A DNA stretch of 64,000 nt, from NCBI GenBank assembly GCA_030295235.1, contig AP026132.1:992001-1056000 (forward strand), in the 5' to 3' direction. The notes below the pieces were generated by a model that was given only the letters and a program-made list of their open reading frames with translations, did no database searches and was not told the origin of the DNA. A program made the translations under genes and the position numbers. The stretch's first letter is position 1. The number at the start of each line of letters is the position of its first letter. This document shows, in pieces, positions 1 through 12,300 of this stretch. Source of the DNA: Fistulifera solaris (Eukaryota).

Positions 1-2444
1 TCTCCGTCCACTTGGACGGCAACCTTTTCTTGATCATAATAGTAGCTTCACGACATTGACATAAACGTTGTGCATTGCCAAGGCCCACTTTGATTTGACC
101 GAGATGAAATGCTCCACGAATCGAAACGATCTCGAGAAGTCCATCTTGACAACTACTCGGACGATCACACGCCGTTACCCGCTCAACTCGTTCTTCATCG
201 GTCATGCTGAGCTGCGTGTCGTCAATACTTTCAAACGAGTTCGTCCTTTTCAAAAGGGGGCGGGAAAACTCAATCAAGCTCATACTTCTTTTAGGCATTC
301 TTCGCTGTACCAACCTTGAACGTGTGCTTCGATCTTCAATTTTAGTACCCGTTGACCAAAGAGGGACTCCCCCGGCGTACGAGTCGATATTTAAAAGGAT
401 AATGCCCTGTGAGTCATGCGGGAGGGGGATTTCGACTCCATCAGCTATCAGCCTAATCTCTTTTCGAATATTGAGACTCGATGCCTTGATGATATCTTCC
501 GCCCCGAAGACTCCGTACCAAGCCTTGTTTAAGATCCGAGAAAAGAACCAGTCAGGACGAGTCTCACGGAGGTAATGAACTTGTAAAGCAGCTTGTGCAT
601 CAGCACCAACGCCCAGATAATTGGTGAAATTCTTGACCTCGCTGACTTTTCTTTTTCTTTGTTCCGGTAATAGAGACTTCCCACCTGTCAAGCATGGAAA
701 TATAACTTTCCGAAATTTGGTTCAAAATACCAAGCAACGACTCGTTGTTATAACCGCCACCCCAACCATGGAAACGAGCCAGGTCGTTCCCCGTTCCGAG
801 CGGAAGTATGGCTATAGGCGGCCACTTGCGCTTCAGTTTCATCTTCTCAAGTGTACTAATAATCCAACTTACGGTCCCATCGCCTCCACAGACAAGAATA
901 CGCAAGCGCGTTAAGACACAAAACGATTCAAGAATCACATCAGGACTTCCATCAGCAAGATCCCACACTTGTATTGGATTCAATAGCCGTCGCAATTGCG
1001 TAATAAGTAAATGACCCTGCTGTGGACCTGATCGAGAGTTCACAAAAACCAACAAGGGCGTACACCGAGACCCGGGTAGCATCTCGTCAGCTAGTATGTA
1101 TCCATTTTTGTCCGGCAGCGCAACTTCCACCATAAGCTTATCGAGAGAATCTTGCGAATTCGCCGTCTCAAAGAAACCGTTTTGAGGAGACGCGTCCGGC
1201 GACTGTAGTTGATACTTTCTCTCTGGTGTAACAGGACAACCTGTCTCATCGTCGTCTGCGGTGACGGATGTTGCGGATGAAATGGTTCCTTTTCGCAGGC
1301 TTTTTATTGAATCACGTGACAACACTAAATCCGCATCACTCGCTGTATTCAGTCCACCATTAGGTGATTTCATTTCAGCAATAACGTGCTCTTCAGGTAA
1401 ATTGCTTGGACCTTCGATTTCGTTTTCATTTAGAGTGACAAAATCATCTTTTTCACCAATCGGACTGGACAAGATTCCTTCCTCTTTTTTCTCCTCTTCT
1501 GCCTCCACAAGCAAACTATCGGACAGCGTTCGTGGCACTTCCGTTCTTGTAGAAAACGGAATTTCATAAGCTTTGTCGTCTTCCTCGTCTTCAAGGTCCT
1601 CTATTGTTTGTCGTTCTCGCACGGGCTCGTTGCTGGATTGCCTTTGCCGCCGAATGCCTTGTAACCAACATATTAAAGTCCAACCAGCATGCGCATAATC
1701 AAAGCTGATGATGGACCTCAAAAACCATAACACATAACGAATATACGTCTGTATTCGCCGAGCCGGATTATCATCATCGTCACTGCTTTGTGGTGACTTC
1801 TGTTTGTCATCTCCGTTTGAGACCATTCTTTTTGTTGGACGACGCTGAGCCGCAAGGACTCGACGACAGGATGGTGGTAACACCAGTCGATGATAGTCCG
1901 ATTGAGCTATTTTGTTCTCCCATGCCTGTTCAAAACGTTCTTCGTCCGTGAGAGTGTTTTCATCGACTCGAGCATCGGAGAGTTTCGATTCACTGTCGCT
2001 GTTGTGCACCGAGTCCTGATAATGGAAGAGCCGATCCGGAAAAATGGCCGGCGAATAATGATCTTTCCGCGAAGCGGTTCCTGTAAGACTGGATTGCATG
2101 GAGGAAAATGATTTGACCGCCACCAGCGATCTCGATTCCTCTTCCTTCGATCGACGTGGGGCTAACACCAAGACCGCCACCATGACTAACGCAAAATACA
2201 ACACCAGACACAATAAATCCCGTTCCATACGACTCGGATCTTCCCAATATTCAAATACGATCGGAAACAGGAACTGCATGATGCGGTGCAATTGCGTGCG
2301 CAACGTTTGAACGTCTTCCACAATGCCACTCCACACCGTTTGTGCGGCGGTCTCGACCAAATGTTCTACCGCTTCAATCAATTCTTCTTCCGCATAGATT
2401 TCTTCCTCGGTCCTGTGTTCAAAATGATCCACAAAAGAACTCAT
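1..2444 (-). CDS. DGK: Diacylglycerol kinase with an N-terminal TM segment; runs off the window start; frameshift near 645
   Basis: Motifs LLVFVNSRSG, ILVCGGDGTVSW and ILPLGTGNDLAR. The shifted frame continues NYLGVGADA...LNIDSYAGG...PVQVDGE (accessory domain). First ATG at 2444. Confidence 0.9.
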
Positions 2445-2980
2445 GATGCCATGACGAAATAATAAATAGAAGGAAGAAAGAATCGATGGGAACGCCAAAA
2501 TGCGCCTCTCTTTCGTATTGCCGCTTCGGGATAAAAATTTCGCGGCTTCCTATTTCGTTGGCACCTCTTTGTAGCTTGTTTGTATAAAAGAATAATGTAA
2601 ATGATTCTTTGCATCAATAATTTCAATGAACATGACCTTTTGTGCTTATCGTCCTTTTTTTTATCTCGCAATACGCCAGCCTGCAACACGAACAAGAAAG
2701 CTTTTCTTGCTGTGTGTCTTGTCCGACTCTGAGACTCCGAGTACCGGTAACGCGATACAGAACTGTACCCGTGTGGTACGTACGACTACTCTCCAACGAA
2801 CAGTGAATACCAAGGAAAGAAAGAGAAAAAGGAATTTGGAATTTGAATTTTCCGAGATCTTCCAGAACCAATCATTCCCCCTCGATCGAACACATGCTTG
2901 GTTTGGTTTCTATTCTGTGAGAGGCCTTTTTCGTTCGAATGAACCCCTAATTACTGCTTTTAATAACAATCAACTTTTCT

Positions 2981-4439
2981 ATGAGCGAATCAACTATGCA
3001 GGGAGATCAGGAAGAGGACGGCGGGATTCTCACGACACAGACGTTTGCATCGCTAGGACTCTGCCAAACGTTGAGCCAAGCCTGTGAACGACTGAATTGG
3101 AAAACCGCCACCAAGATTCAAGCGGCCGTTTTACCGGAAGCATTGCAAGGACGTGATATTATTGGTGAGTCATTATGATTCTAGCTCGACACTACTCTGA
3201 TTCGATTGTTTCTTACACGGTTGACAAAAGGACTGGCCGAAACTGGTTCGGGGAAAACGGCCGCATTTTGTTTGCCCATTTTGCAAGGATTGCTCGAAAA
3301 ACAAGTCGGTCGTCGCGTTTCGGCTATTATTTTGACTCCCACCCGCGAACTCGCCTTTCAAATACATCAAGTCGTTCAAGCGGTAGGACAAGCGATACAG
3401 GCGACTTCTCTCTGTGTGGTCGGAGGCGTCGATCGAACGTCACAAGCCATCGCACTGGCGAAACATCCTCACATTGTGATTGCAACACCCGGTCGTTTGT
3501 TGGATCATTTGAAAGACACCAAAGGATTCCATTTGCGTCATGTACAATATTTGGTGTTGGATGAGGCGGACCGCATGTTGTCCATGGACTTTGAGCAAGA
3601 ATTGCACCAAATTTTGGATGAAGTACCATCCGAGCGTCAAACCATGTTGTTTTCCGCGACCATGACATCGCAAGTACAAAAGCTGCAACGCGCTTCACTG
3701 ACAGATCCTGTCCGATTGCAAGTGAGTAGCAGCAAGTTTCAGACCCCACAACATTTGCTTCAGCATTATTTGTTTATCCCCGCAAAATACAAGGACGTTT
3801 ACTTGACGTACATTGTCAATGAATTGGCGGGTAAATCGATACTGGTCTTTTGCGCGACTTGTCAAAATGTTCAGCGGTTGACACTTATGTTGCGCAACTT
3901 GGGATTTCCAGCCGTGAGTTTGCACGGACAAATGACCCAAAACAAACGGTTGGCCGCCTTGCAGAAATTTTCGTCGCAACAGCGTACCATCATGTTGTGC
4001 ACGGATGTCGCCAGTCGTGGTTTGGATTTGCCATCGGTGGACACTGTGTTTAATTTTGATTTGCCCGGTCACGGAAAAGAATACATTCACCGCGTGGGAC
4101 GTACCGCACGAGCTGGAAAAGCGGGGCAAGCGATTTCGATGGTCACTCAATACGATGTGGAAGTGTTTCAGCGACTGGAATCTTTATTGGGGACGAAACT
4201 ACCCGCCTATCCTATTGCTAGTGAAGAAACCGTGCTGGTGTTGTTAGAACGAGTCTCCGAAGCCCAGCGCTTGGCGACTCGCGAATTGAAAGAGCAGCTG
4301 GCCGCTCAGAAAGATGGAAGACACCGCAAAGAAAAGGCGGGGGGAAGATGACGACGAGAAAGGTTTAGAAGGAATGCTGGAGAAAGAATTGAAACGAGGA
4401 TATGCGGCTGCTGGTGGCAAAAATAAGCGACGAAGATAG
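2981..4439 (+). CDS. RRP3: DEAD-box RNA helicase RRP3/DDX47; intron 3165-3230; frameshift near 4335
   Basis: Splicing restores DIIGLAETGSGKT. Also PTRELA, DEAD, SAT and HRVGRTARAG motifs, and the DDX47-like tail LLERVSEAQR. Confidence 0.92.
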
Positions 4440-4529
4440 GCACACAATTTGGTCTTGCTAGTTTTATAGTTTAAAGCAGAGAAATGTAGGATGATTTTTC
4501 ACGTGTGGATACCTTTAAGATTCTTTTCC

Positions 4530-5243
4530 TTACTTGTCATTTTCGTCGTCTCTTTGTTTGAATACGGCATCCGCAATCGCCGCAATCATGAGGATCCCCA
4601 ACGCGGGTTGCACCAACTGTTGAAAGTTACTATTGAAAGCGATTTGCACCGTGTCGTCCTTGAGAACCACCGAACAGAAAATGCCCGCCAAGAACCACAA
4701 CAAGAACAAACAAACGACGAAAAAGTCTACTGTCACCAATGTCGAAATAGCGTTGCGTATTGTGGAGTTGTTGGAGGAATCGGAGGTGGCCGGTGCCTTC
4801 TCTTGCATTTCCCGAGCATCGAGTAGTAATTGTTGCAACGAATCGTCGAGCGGCTTACTGGGTTCCACCATTGAATCGGTTGTGGTAAATTTTGTGGTGG
4901 GAGTATTGTACGAAGCAGCCGAAGCGGCGGAAGGTGCGGAGGATGAATTCGACGTGGTTCCGCGAACGAGGTCTCTCACGTCCGTGACTTTGAGTGAGAC
5001 ACCGGTGTCTTCACGGCGTGGATCAAAGTCTACATTCACATTACTCTTCGTTTGCGGAACTTCGGGCGTGTTTCCTTCGACAGGAGACTTTCGTCGTACA
5101 CGGCGTTTGCGATTGTCGCTGGCTTCGGCCGACAAGTTGGATGGGCAGGAAAAGCGGGATGTTGCTGGGTGCACTACAAAAGCATTTCCGATTCCCCAAC
5201 GACAGCAGCCAATTATCACCAACAGAAGTAGGTTCTTCATCAT
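4530..5243 (-). CDS. Predicted plastid-targeted membrane protein of unknown function
   Basis: Signal peptide ending GNA-F, Ser/Arg-rich transit peptide, two C-terminal hydrophobic helices. Confidence 0.7.
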   Translation of the reverse strand: MMKNLLLLVIIGCCRWGIGNAFVVHPATSRFSCPSNLSAEASDNRKRRVRRKSPVEGNTPEVPQTKSNVNVDFDPRREDTGVSLKVTDVRDLVRGTTSNSSSAPSAASAASYNTPTTKFTTTDSMVEPSKPLDDSLQQLLLDAREMQEKAPATSDSSNNSTIRNAISTLVTVDFFVVCLFLLWFLAGIFCSVVLKDDTVQIAFNSNFQQLVQPALGILMIAAIADAVFKQRDDENDK

Positions 5244-5559
5244 TGTAGATAGCTCAGAACTGATTTGAATTGTCAATCAGTAGACTTTTCTTGTCGGAAG
5301 GGTTGATGATGTTTGTTGAAGAAGTGCGTCCGAAAAGGTGCGCAAATATTTATTTTCGTTTTTTGTCCTCCATTTTTATTTTTTGGTATCGCCGTTTCTA
5401 TACTATGGTTATAGTTTACAGTGTAGTCCGTGCATTTCCCGACTGCATTTTAGTCGCTCCTTTTTCAGGTCTAATGTGCTTTACCAGGTAATGCCATCGT
5501 TGCTTTTTCTGACATGGCACCTGGTGACAAGGAACGACAATTGACATCAAAATGACATC

Positions 5560-7878
5560 AAAATGTAAAAAGAAAGAACAAAGCAACGCTTCGAAAGTCT
5601 ACGCGTGTTTCACGTAGCGCTCGTAGGGAAATTTATCGACAGAGGGGCAACCCGGATATTGTGTAATTTTGATGACACCATTTCCCAGGTATTTTGTGCA
5701 TTGATGCCATCATCGCTTTCCCGGACATTCGTATGGTGTGCCCAGGAACCATTATCGACACCAAAGCGACTGCAATACGTAAAAAGCGTGAAAGATGCAA
5801 CGCTTCGAAAGTCTACGCGTGTTTCACGTAGCGCTCGTAGGGAAATTTATCGACAGAGGGGCAACCCGGATATTGTGTAATTTTGATGACACCATTTCTC
5901 AGGTATTTTGTGCATTGATGCCATCATCGCTTTCACGGACATTCGTATGGTGTGCCAAGGATCAGTTACCAACAGCATATTGACTGCAATACGTAAAAAG
6001 CGTGAAAGATGCAACGCTTCGAAAGTCTACGCGTGTTTCACGTAGCGCTCGTAGGGAAATTTATCGACAGAGGGGCAACCCGGATATTGCGTAATTTTGA
6101 TGACACCATTTCCCAGGTCTCTTGTGCATTGATGCCATCATCGCTTTCACGGGCATTCTTATTGTGTGCTGTGTGCCAAGGGACAATTATCGACATCAAA
6201 ATGATACCAGTATCAAAACGTAAAAAGAAAGAACAAAGCAACGCTTCGAAAGTCTACGCGTGTTTCACGTAGCGCTCGTAGGGAAATTTATCGACAGAGG
6301 GGCAACCCGGATATTGCGTAATTTTGATGACACCATTTCCCAGGTCTCTTGTGCATCAATGCCAACATCGCTTTCACGGGCATTCTTATTGTGTGCTGTG
6401 TGCCAAGGGACAATTATCGACATCAAAATGATACCAGTATCAAAACGTAAAAAGAAAGAACAAAGCAACGCTTCGAAAGCCTACGCGTGTTTCACGTAGC
6501 GCCCGTAGGGAAATTTATCGACAGAGGGGCAACCCGGATATTGCGTAATTTTGATGACACCATTTCCCAGGTCTCTTGTGCATCAATGCCAACATCGCTT
6601 TCACGGGCATTCTTATTGTGTGCTGTGTGCCAAGGGACAATTATCGACATCAAAATGATACCAGTATCAAAACGTAAAAAGAAAGAACAAAGCAACGCTT
6701 CGAAAGCCTACGCGTGTTTCACGTAGCGCTCGTAGGGAAATTTATCGACAGAGGGGCAACCCGGATATTGTGTAATTTTGATGACACCATTTCCCAGGTA
6801 TTTTGTGCATTGATGCCATCATCGCTTTCACGGACATTCGTATGGTGTGCCCAGGATCAGTTACCAACAGCATATTGACTGCAATACGTAAAAAGCGTGA
6901 AAGATGCAACGCTTCGAAAGTCTACGCGTGTTTCACGTAGCGCTCGTAGGGAAATTTATCGACAGAGGGGCAACCCGGATATTGCGTAATTTTGATGACA
7001 CCATTTCCCAGGTCTCTTGTGCATTGATGCCATCATCGCTTTCACGGGCATTCTTATTGTGTGCTGTGTGCCAAGGGACAATTATCGACATCAAAATGAT
7101 ACCAGTATCAAAACGTAAAAAGAAAGAACAAAGCAACGCTTCGAAAGTCTACGCGTGTTTCACGTAGCGCTCGTAGGGAAATTTATCGACAGAGGGGCAA
7201 CCCGGATATTGCGTAATTTTGATGACACCATTTCCCAGGTCTCTTGTGCATCAATGCCATCATCGCTTTCACGGGCATTCTTATTGTGTGCTGTGTGCCA
7301 AGGGACAATTATCGACATCAAAATGATACCAGTATCAAAACGTAAAAAGAAAAGAACAAAGCAACGTTTCGAAAGTCTACGCGTGTTTCACGTAGCGCTC
7401 GTAGGGAAATTTATCGACAGAGGGGCAACCCGGATATTGCGTAATTTTGATGACACCATTTCCCAGGTCTCTTGTGCATTGATGCCATCATCGCTTTCAC
7501 GGGCATTCTTATTGTGTGCTGTGTGCCAAGGGACAATTATCGACATCAAAATGATACCAGTATCAAAACGTAAAAAGAAAGAACAAAGCAACGCTTCGAA
7601 AGCCTACGCGTGTTTCACGTAGCGCCCGTAGGGAAATTTATCGACAGAGGGGCAACCCGGATATTGCGTAATTTTGATGACACCATTTCCCAGGTCTCTT
7701 GTGCATTGATGCCATCATCGCTTTCACGGACATTCGTATAGTGTGCCCAGGAACCATTATCGACATCAAAGCGACTGTAATACGTAAAGAGAAAGAACAA
7801 AACAACGCTTCGAAAGTCTACGCGTGTTTCACGTAGCGCTCGTAGGGAAATTTATCGACAGAGGGGCAACCCGGATAT
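5560..7878. repeat. Tandem array 1: 10 full monomers of 214/227/228 bp plus partial ends
   Basis: Anchor GCAACGCTTCGAAAG (or a single-base variant) at 5583, 5797, 6011, 6238, 6465, 6692, 6906, 7133, 7361, 7588 and 7802. Confidence 0.97.
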
Positions 7879-7995
7879 TATTTATTTCCATCGCCCATCG
7901 CCGCAATATTTTTCGCTCCGCTGCTTTTTGATGAGGCTGCAAAGAAAACCACTCATTCATTTACTAATTGTTGAACTCCCCTCGCCAACAAAAGT

Positions 7996-8660
7996 ATGTT
8001 TCGAATTTCGAAAGGTCTCGTCAAAGCAACCCGCAAATGGCAATGCGCCACGACACTGCTTCGCACCTATTCGCATTCGGTGCCCGTCACAGCCTCCTTG
8101 CCCTACCATTTAGTGGTCGGTCTGCCCGCTCTTTCCCCCACCATGAATTCCGGTAGTTTGGCGGAGTGGTATGTGCAAGAAGGAGATCGATTTGCGGCGG
8201 GAGATGCGGTCGCGAAAATAGAGACCGACAAGGCTTCCATTGATTTTGAAGCCCAAGATGATGGTTACGTGGCGAAATTGTTGCAACCCGTCGGCGTCGA
8301 TTTAGCGGTCGGAACTCCGATCATGGTGACCGTGGAGGACGAGGCGGATGTGGCGGCGTTTGCGGAATATACTTTACCGAAAGAAGAGAAAGCTGCTGCG
8401 GTAGCAGCATCGCCACCGACACCTGCCGCTACGCCTCCTCCTCCTCCCTCCGTTCCTTCTACACCGCCACCTCCGTCCCCCGTTGCAGCACCTGTTGCAG
8501 TTCCTCCTCCGCCTCCTCCCGTCAGCACATCCACGTCGTCCGTCGCCGTTGCTTACGGATTTTCCACCGCCAAGGTCTCGCCCTTGGCCAAGACTCTGGC
8601 GGCACAACAAAAGCCTACATTGAACGTTACGGAACCACCGGTCAACGTCCTATCCTATAA
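7996..8660 (+). CDS. Mitochondrial stand-alone lipoyl-domain protein (PDH E2-type lipoyl domain plus Pro/Ala linker); frameshift near 8610
   Basis: LPALSPTM...IETDKAS...DGYVAK. Basic mitochondrial-type presequence. Corrected C-terminus QQKAYIERYGTTGQRPIL*. Confidence 0.8.
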
Positions 8661-8812
8661 GAATTTGTTAGGGAGTCTGAAGTATTTTTTGAAGGAGAGA
8701 GCACAACGAGTCTTTACTCGAACGGAAAGTGTCTGTGAGAGATGCTCTAATTTCTTGACGAAGCGTCCGTAAACTATCTATTAATTTTCAAAAATCGAAA
8801 AGAAATTATATT

Positions 8813-9463
8813 TCATTCGATTGTCTCGTAGAGCCACGGACTCGGTGGAGCGACGCGCTGACTCAAACGACAGTGTTTCCACAACGACTGCGCTATTGAT
8901 TGACGACTGGATTCGTTCTGTGGATGCCAACACGTCAATACCGTCGGTTTCATGCAGGAAACTGGCAGGACCGTGTCCAACGTTGGAGCATTGGTATCGA
9001 AACACAGCAACAACGTGATCTGCGTGGGATGGTGGTGATGACAGTCGCGGAGTGCGTGTTGAATGTTGGCATGTCGATAGAAATGATCGGGATCGATCGT
9101 GCGTGGATCACAGGCAATGACATAGACAATATGACAGGGATGAGGCAGGGATTGAGTGTCCTTTTCCAACAAGTGCACGTAACGTTGTTCCGTCACCATC
9201 AATGAGGCAGATCGTCGTTCCAGTTGTTGAAGGACGACACGATCCTGCAGATTCATGTCACTCCGATCGACGGTATCGCGTTTTGATAAGGACGCTGCAA
9301 AGAGTTGGGTGAGATGCGGCGGTCCGATTAACGCGATATGCCATCCGACGACGGGTAACGAACGATGGTTCGCTGTCGGCGGCTGGGTGATGATTCGTGC
9401 ACGCTTCGGCGACCGACTCTCCGTAACAGAAGCAGATTGCCGCATCTCATTATTCTCATCCAT
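8813..9463 (-). CDS. Hypothetical protein
   Basis: ATG-initiated ORF of about 216 aa filling the intergenic space; no recognised motif. Confidence 0.5.
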   Translation of the reverse strand: MDENNEMRQSASVTESRSPKRARIITQPPTANHRSLPVVGWHIALIGPPHLTQLFAASLSKRDTVDRSDMNLQDRVVLQQLERRSASLMVTEQRYVHLLEKDTQSLPHPCHIVYVIACDPRTIDPDHFYRHANIQHALRDCHHHHPTQITLLLCFDTNAPTLDTVLPVSCMKPTVLTCWHPQNESSRQSIAQSLWKHCRLSQRVAPPSPWLYETIE

Positions 9464-9959
9464 CCAGGCTGCCAAACGGATGGGGATAGAATGCTGTTGA
9501 TTGATACTATAGTGTCATGAAGATATGATTGACCCGCAAAGTTTCGAATGAATGAGGCGCAAGTCGAGCGACTGACGTTCGAGTCACGAACCACAGTGGC
9601 TCTGAAAATTTCATCGCGCAACGGATCCGCCTGTACATACACACAATGTATTTGAATTTGTACTGTAGTTGCTTGTGTAGGAAGACCGGTGGGCGCGGCA
9701 ATGGAAACGACCTCACATTCGCCTAATTAATTTTTTTTGAAAGGATTGAAAATGTCATAGAGTATACAAGTCTGAATATTTTCGCTTTATACTTTGAGTC
9801 TTATCTTGCCGGAACGAGAAAGTGAAAACTCCCTCCATCCGGTATCCGTCGTCGTCTTCCAACAAACGTGTGAGTGAGGAGTGAGCGGTCTCGACGACGG
9901 CGTTGTCGCTGATCAACCAAAGTTGCTCTCAACAACACAAAGACAATTCGTATTACACC

Positions 9960-12242
9960 ATGGTCTCTCTTCCCAAAATAAAAATGAGAAAACAAGCGAG
10001 TGAAGTGTCCCGCAAACGATCCGGTCTCTTTCGCGTGCGCAAGACAGCGAGCACGTCGGAAGAACGGTCCACCTTACTCGACAACACTAAAGAAACGTCC
10101 TACAGGAAACCATCGACACCCGCCACGACGGGTTCGCTCTCTCCGATGCATTTCAACGAGTCGATCACACAAGTACGCCCCTTCCCGATGTCCAAGTCGC
10201 CAAACACCGTTCCGATTATAGTCGCGGTGACAACAGTACGGTCATTTCGGATTTGACCAACCCGAAACTCGGGCAACAGGCGCCGAATGAAGAATTACCA
10301 TCGATGACACGCATCCGCACACAGCAATCCAGTCAGTCGCAGACTTCCACCATTCCCGAACCGGCCATCGTCACGCCTACCACGACAACAACACCGATCA
10401 ACAAAGAACCGATCGAGACGAAGGAAGAACCGATTCCGGATGAAGATGGTTATTTGATGCGTGTCTATCATATGATGGAACAGTCTTGTATGGGATGGAC
10501 GACCAGCGACCGCAAAGTTAATTTTGCCCCCGAATGGGGCGTCCCTCCCTCGAAAGATGACGATGATTCGACGCATCCCGGTGACTATAAACCCCGCAGC
10601 ACAGCGGACGACGCGAGTCAGGCATCGAGTCGAGCCGAAGTCTTGTTGCGCAAGGCACGAAGTGCGCGCGAAGAAAAGAAAAAAGGCCGATCAAGAAAAA
10701 CGATACAAGGACATTGTCATGTCCTTGAAAGACGGTAACCTGCCGACCGTCGATGAAACCAAAGTGCGTGTGCCGCAAATGGACGGGACGTATCAGTTTT
10801 TGCACACGGCGGATTTGGTGGGAGGAGACGAGGAAGCGACGACCGTCAGCAAGTACAGTACGAACGAACTGTTGGGGGCGCAGCACATGCCGGAAGACAA
10901 TTCGAACATGTTTCGGAACAGCCGGGAATGGCTGACTATGTTGGGTCTGAAAGAGAATCATTCGGATGACACGACCACAATTCAAACAGAACCTGCCGAT
11001 ACGGACAAGAAGGTCCGTCTTGCTACTACGGAAACGGTCAAGCCGCAATGGAAGGAGGTATATGACCCGGAATCGAGACGTGTTTATTATTATCATCGCG
11101 TTACCCGGGAGACGACTTGGAAACGTCCTCCCGAAGATCAGTTAGTGAAGAAAGTGAGTCGAGCTGGAACCCTCACGGAACGAGACATTCGAGAAATCAT
11201 CGACCGGACATTGCCGCATACCTACGACGATGCGGTCTTGAGCCAGCGGGATCGTATCGCCAAAATGCTGACGGCCATGGCTCCGCCGAACGCCATTACC
11301 GTGGAAGAATTGCTCATGGAGTTTGCCGGTCGCGAGGATGACTTGATTCACCAACTCCGGAGTGTGAACGAATCGAAGCCGTTCGATGAACCTGTACAGC
11401 GTCCCGAAAAGGAAAACAACGAAGACGTGCAGGGGGCTGTCCCGATCCAAGGCCATTCCAGGTCGGCCAAGACGGTCTCGAGTGCGTACAGTCTCAGCAC
11501 GAAAAGTCGCTTATCGGAAATGACGCAGCAAATTCGAAATACCCGGAACCGTGGCGCCTTTGAAAAAATATACGAGGACGCTAGTAATCACGGAGGGATG
11601 CCCAAAGTACCCAGCACGATTCCTGTCCCTCGCCGTCGTGATCTCAAGGTGGAAGAGTATTCCAGTGATCGTCGAAAAGCCGAGACTTTTGAAAGCCGTC
11701 GTGCTGTGCCACGCCGAATGCTCCATCAACAGAGGAAACTAGAGGGGACATATTCGAGCGACGACGAAGATGTGTATCTAGAGAAAGACATGGAATCCGT
11801 CGACATGAACGACTCTGCTTCGGAATACAGTACCAGTTTATACGACACTCGACGAAAGGACTTGGAGGATGCTATTGCGAACCGTGATTGGGATCTAGCG
11901 GCAGCTCTTTCTGAAGGGATGCGATCTATACCGTCACAGAACATACCTCGCAGAAATACACGGACATCGAATGAACAGAGTGAGCTAGATCGACTCATTT
12001 CCCAAAGGGATTGGGATGGAGTTTCTGACTATATCGCCCGATTAAGGGCAACAGGAAAGACGGAGAGTGAGAACGCGAAGTCCAACGGTGTGCATGGACT
12101 TCAGCGAAAAGGTAAATCGTCCGACTATGCTTACGGCTATCAAAGCAAAAACGTTCCACATTCCAACTCTGATGACGAAGGATCTTCCAATGTCCGCTCA
12201 GAGAATCGATCTCGCTACGGGAAGAATCAATTCGCTTGTTGA
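9960..12242 (+). CDS. WW-domain protein, largely disordered; frameshifts near 10170 and 10680
   Basis: WW motif WKEVYDPESRRVYYYHRVTRETTWKRP. Two C-terminal RDWD helical repeats. Three overlapping ORFs join into one. Confidence 0.75.
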
Positions 12243-12300
12243 TAACTGCTAAGTTAAGTGTTTATGTTTACAATGATTCATTTATTTCGACTCTAGATTT

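Noticed and set aside
5605..7800. Repeated ORFs in array 1 (FHVALVGKFIDRG...) as a repeat protein
   Set aside because: Monomers of 214/227 bp are not multiples of 3, starts are mostly non-ATG, and no domain is recognisable. The 155-aa read-through depends on a single 228-bp unit.
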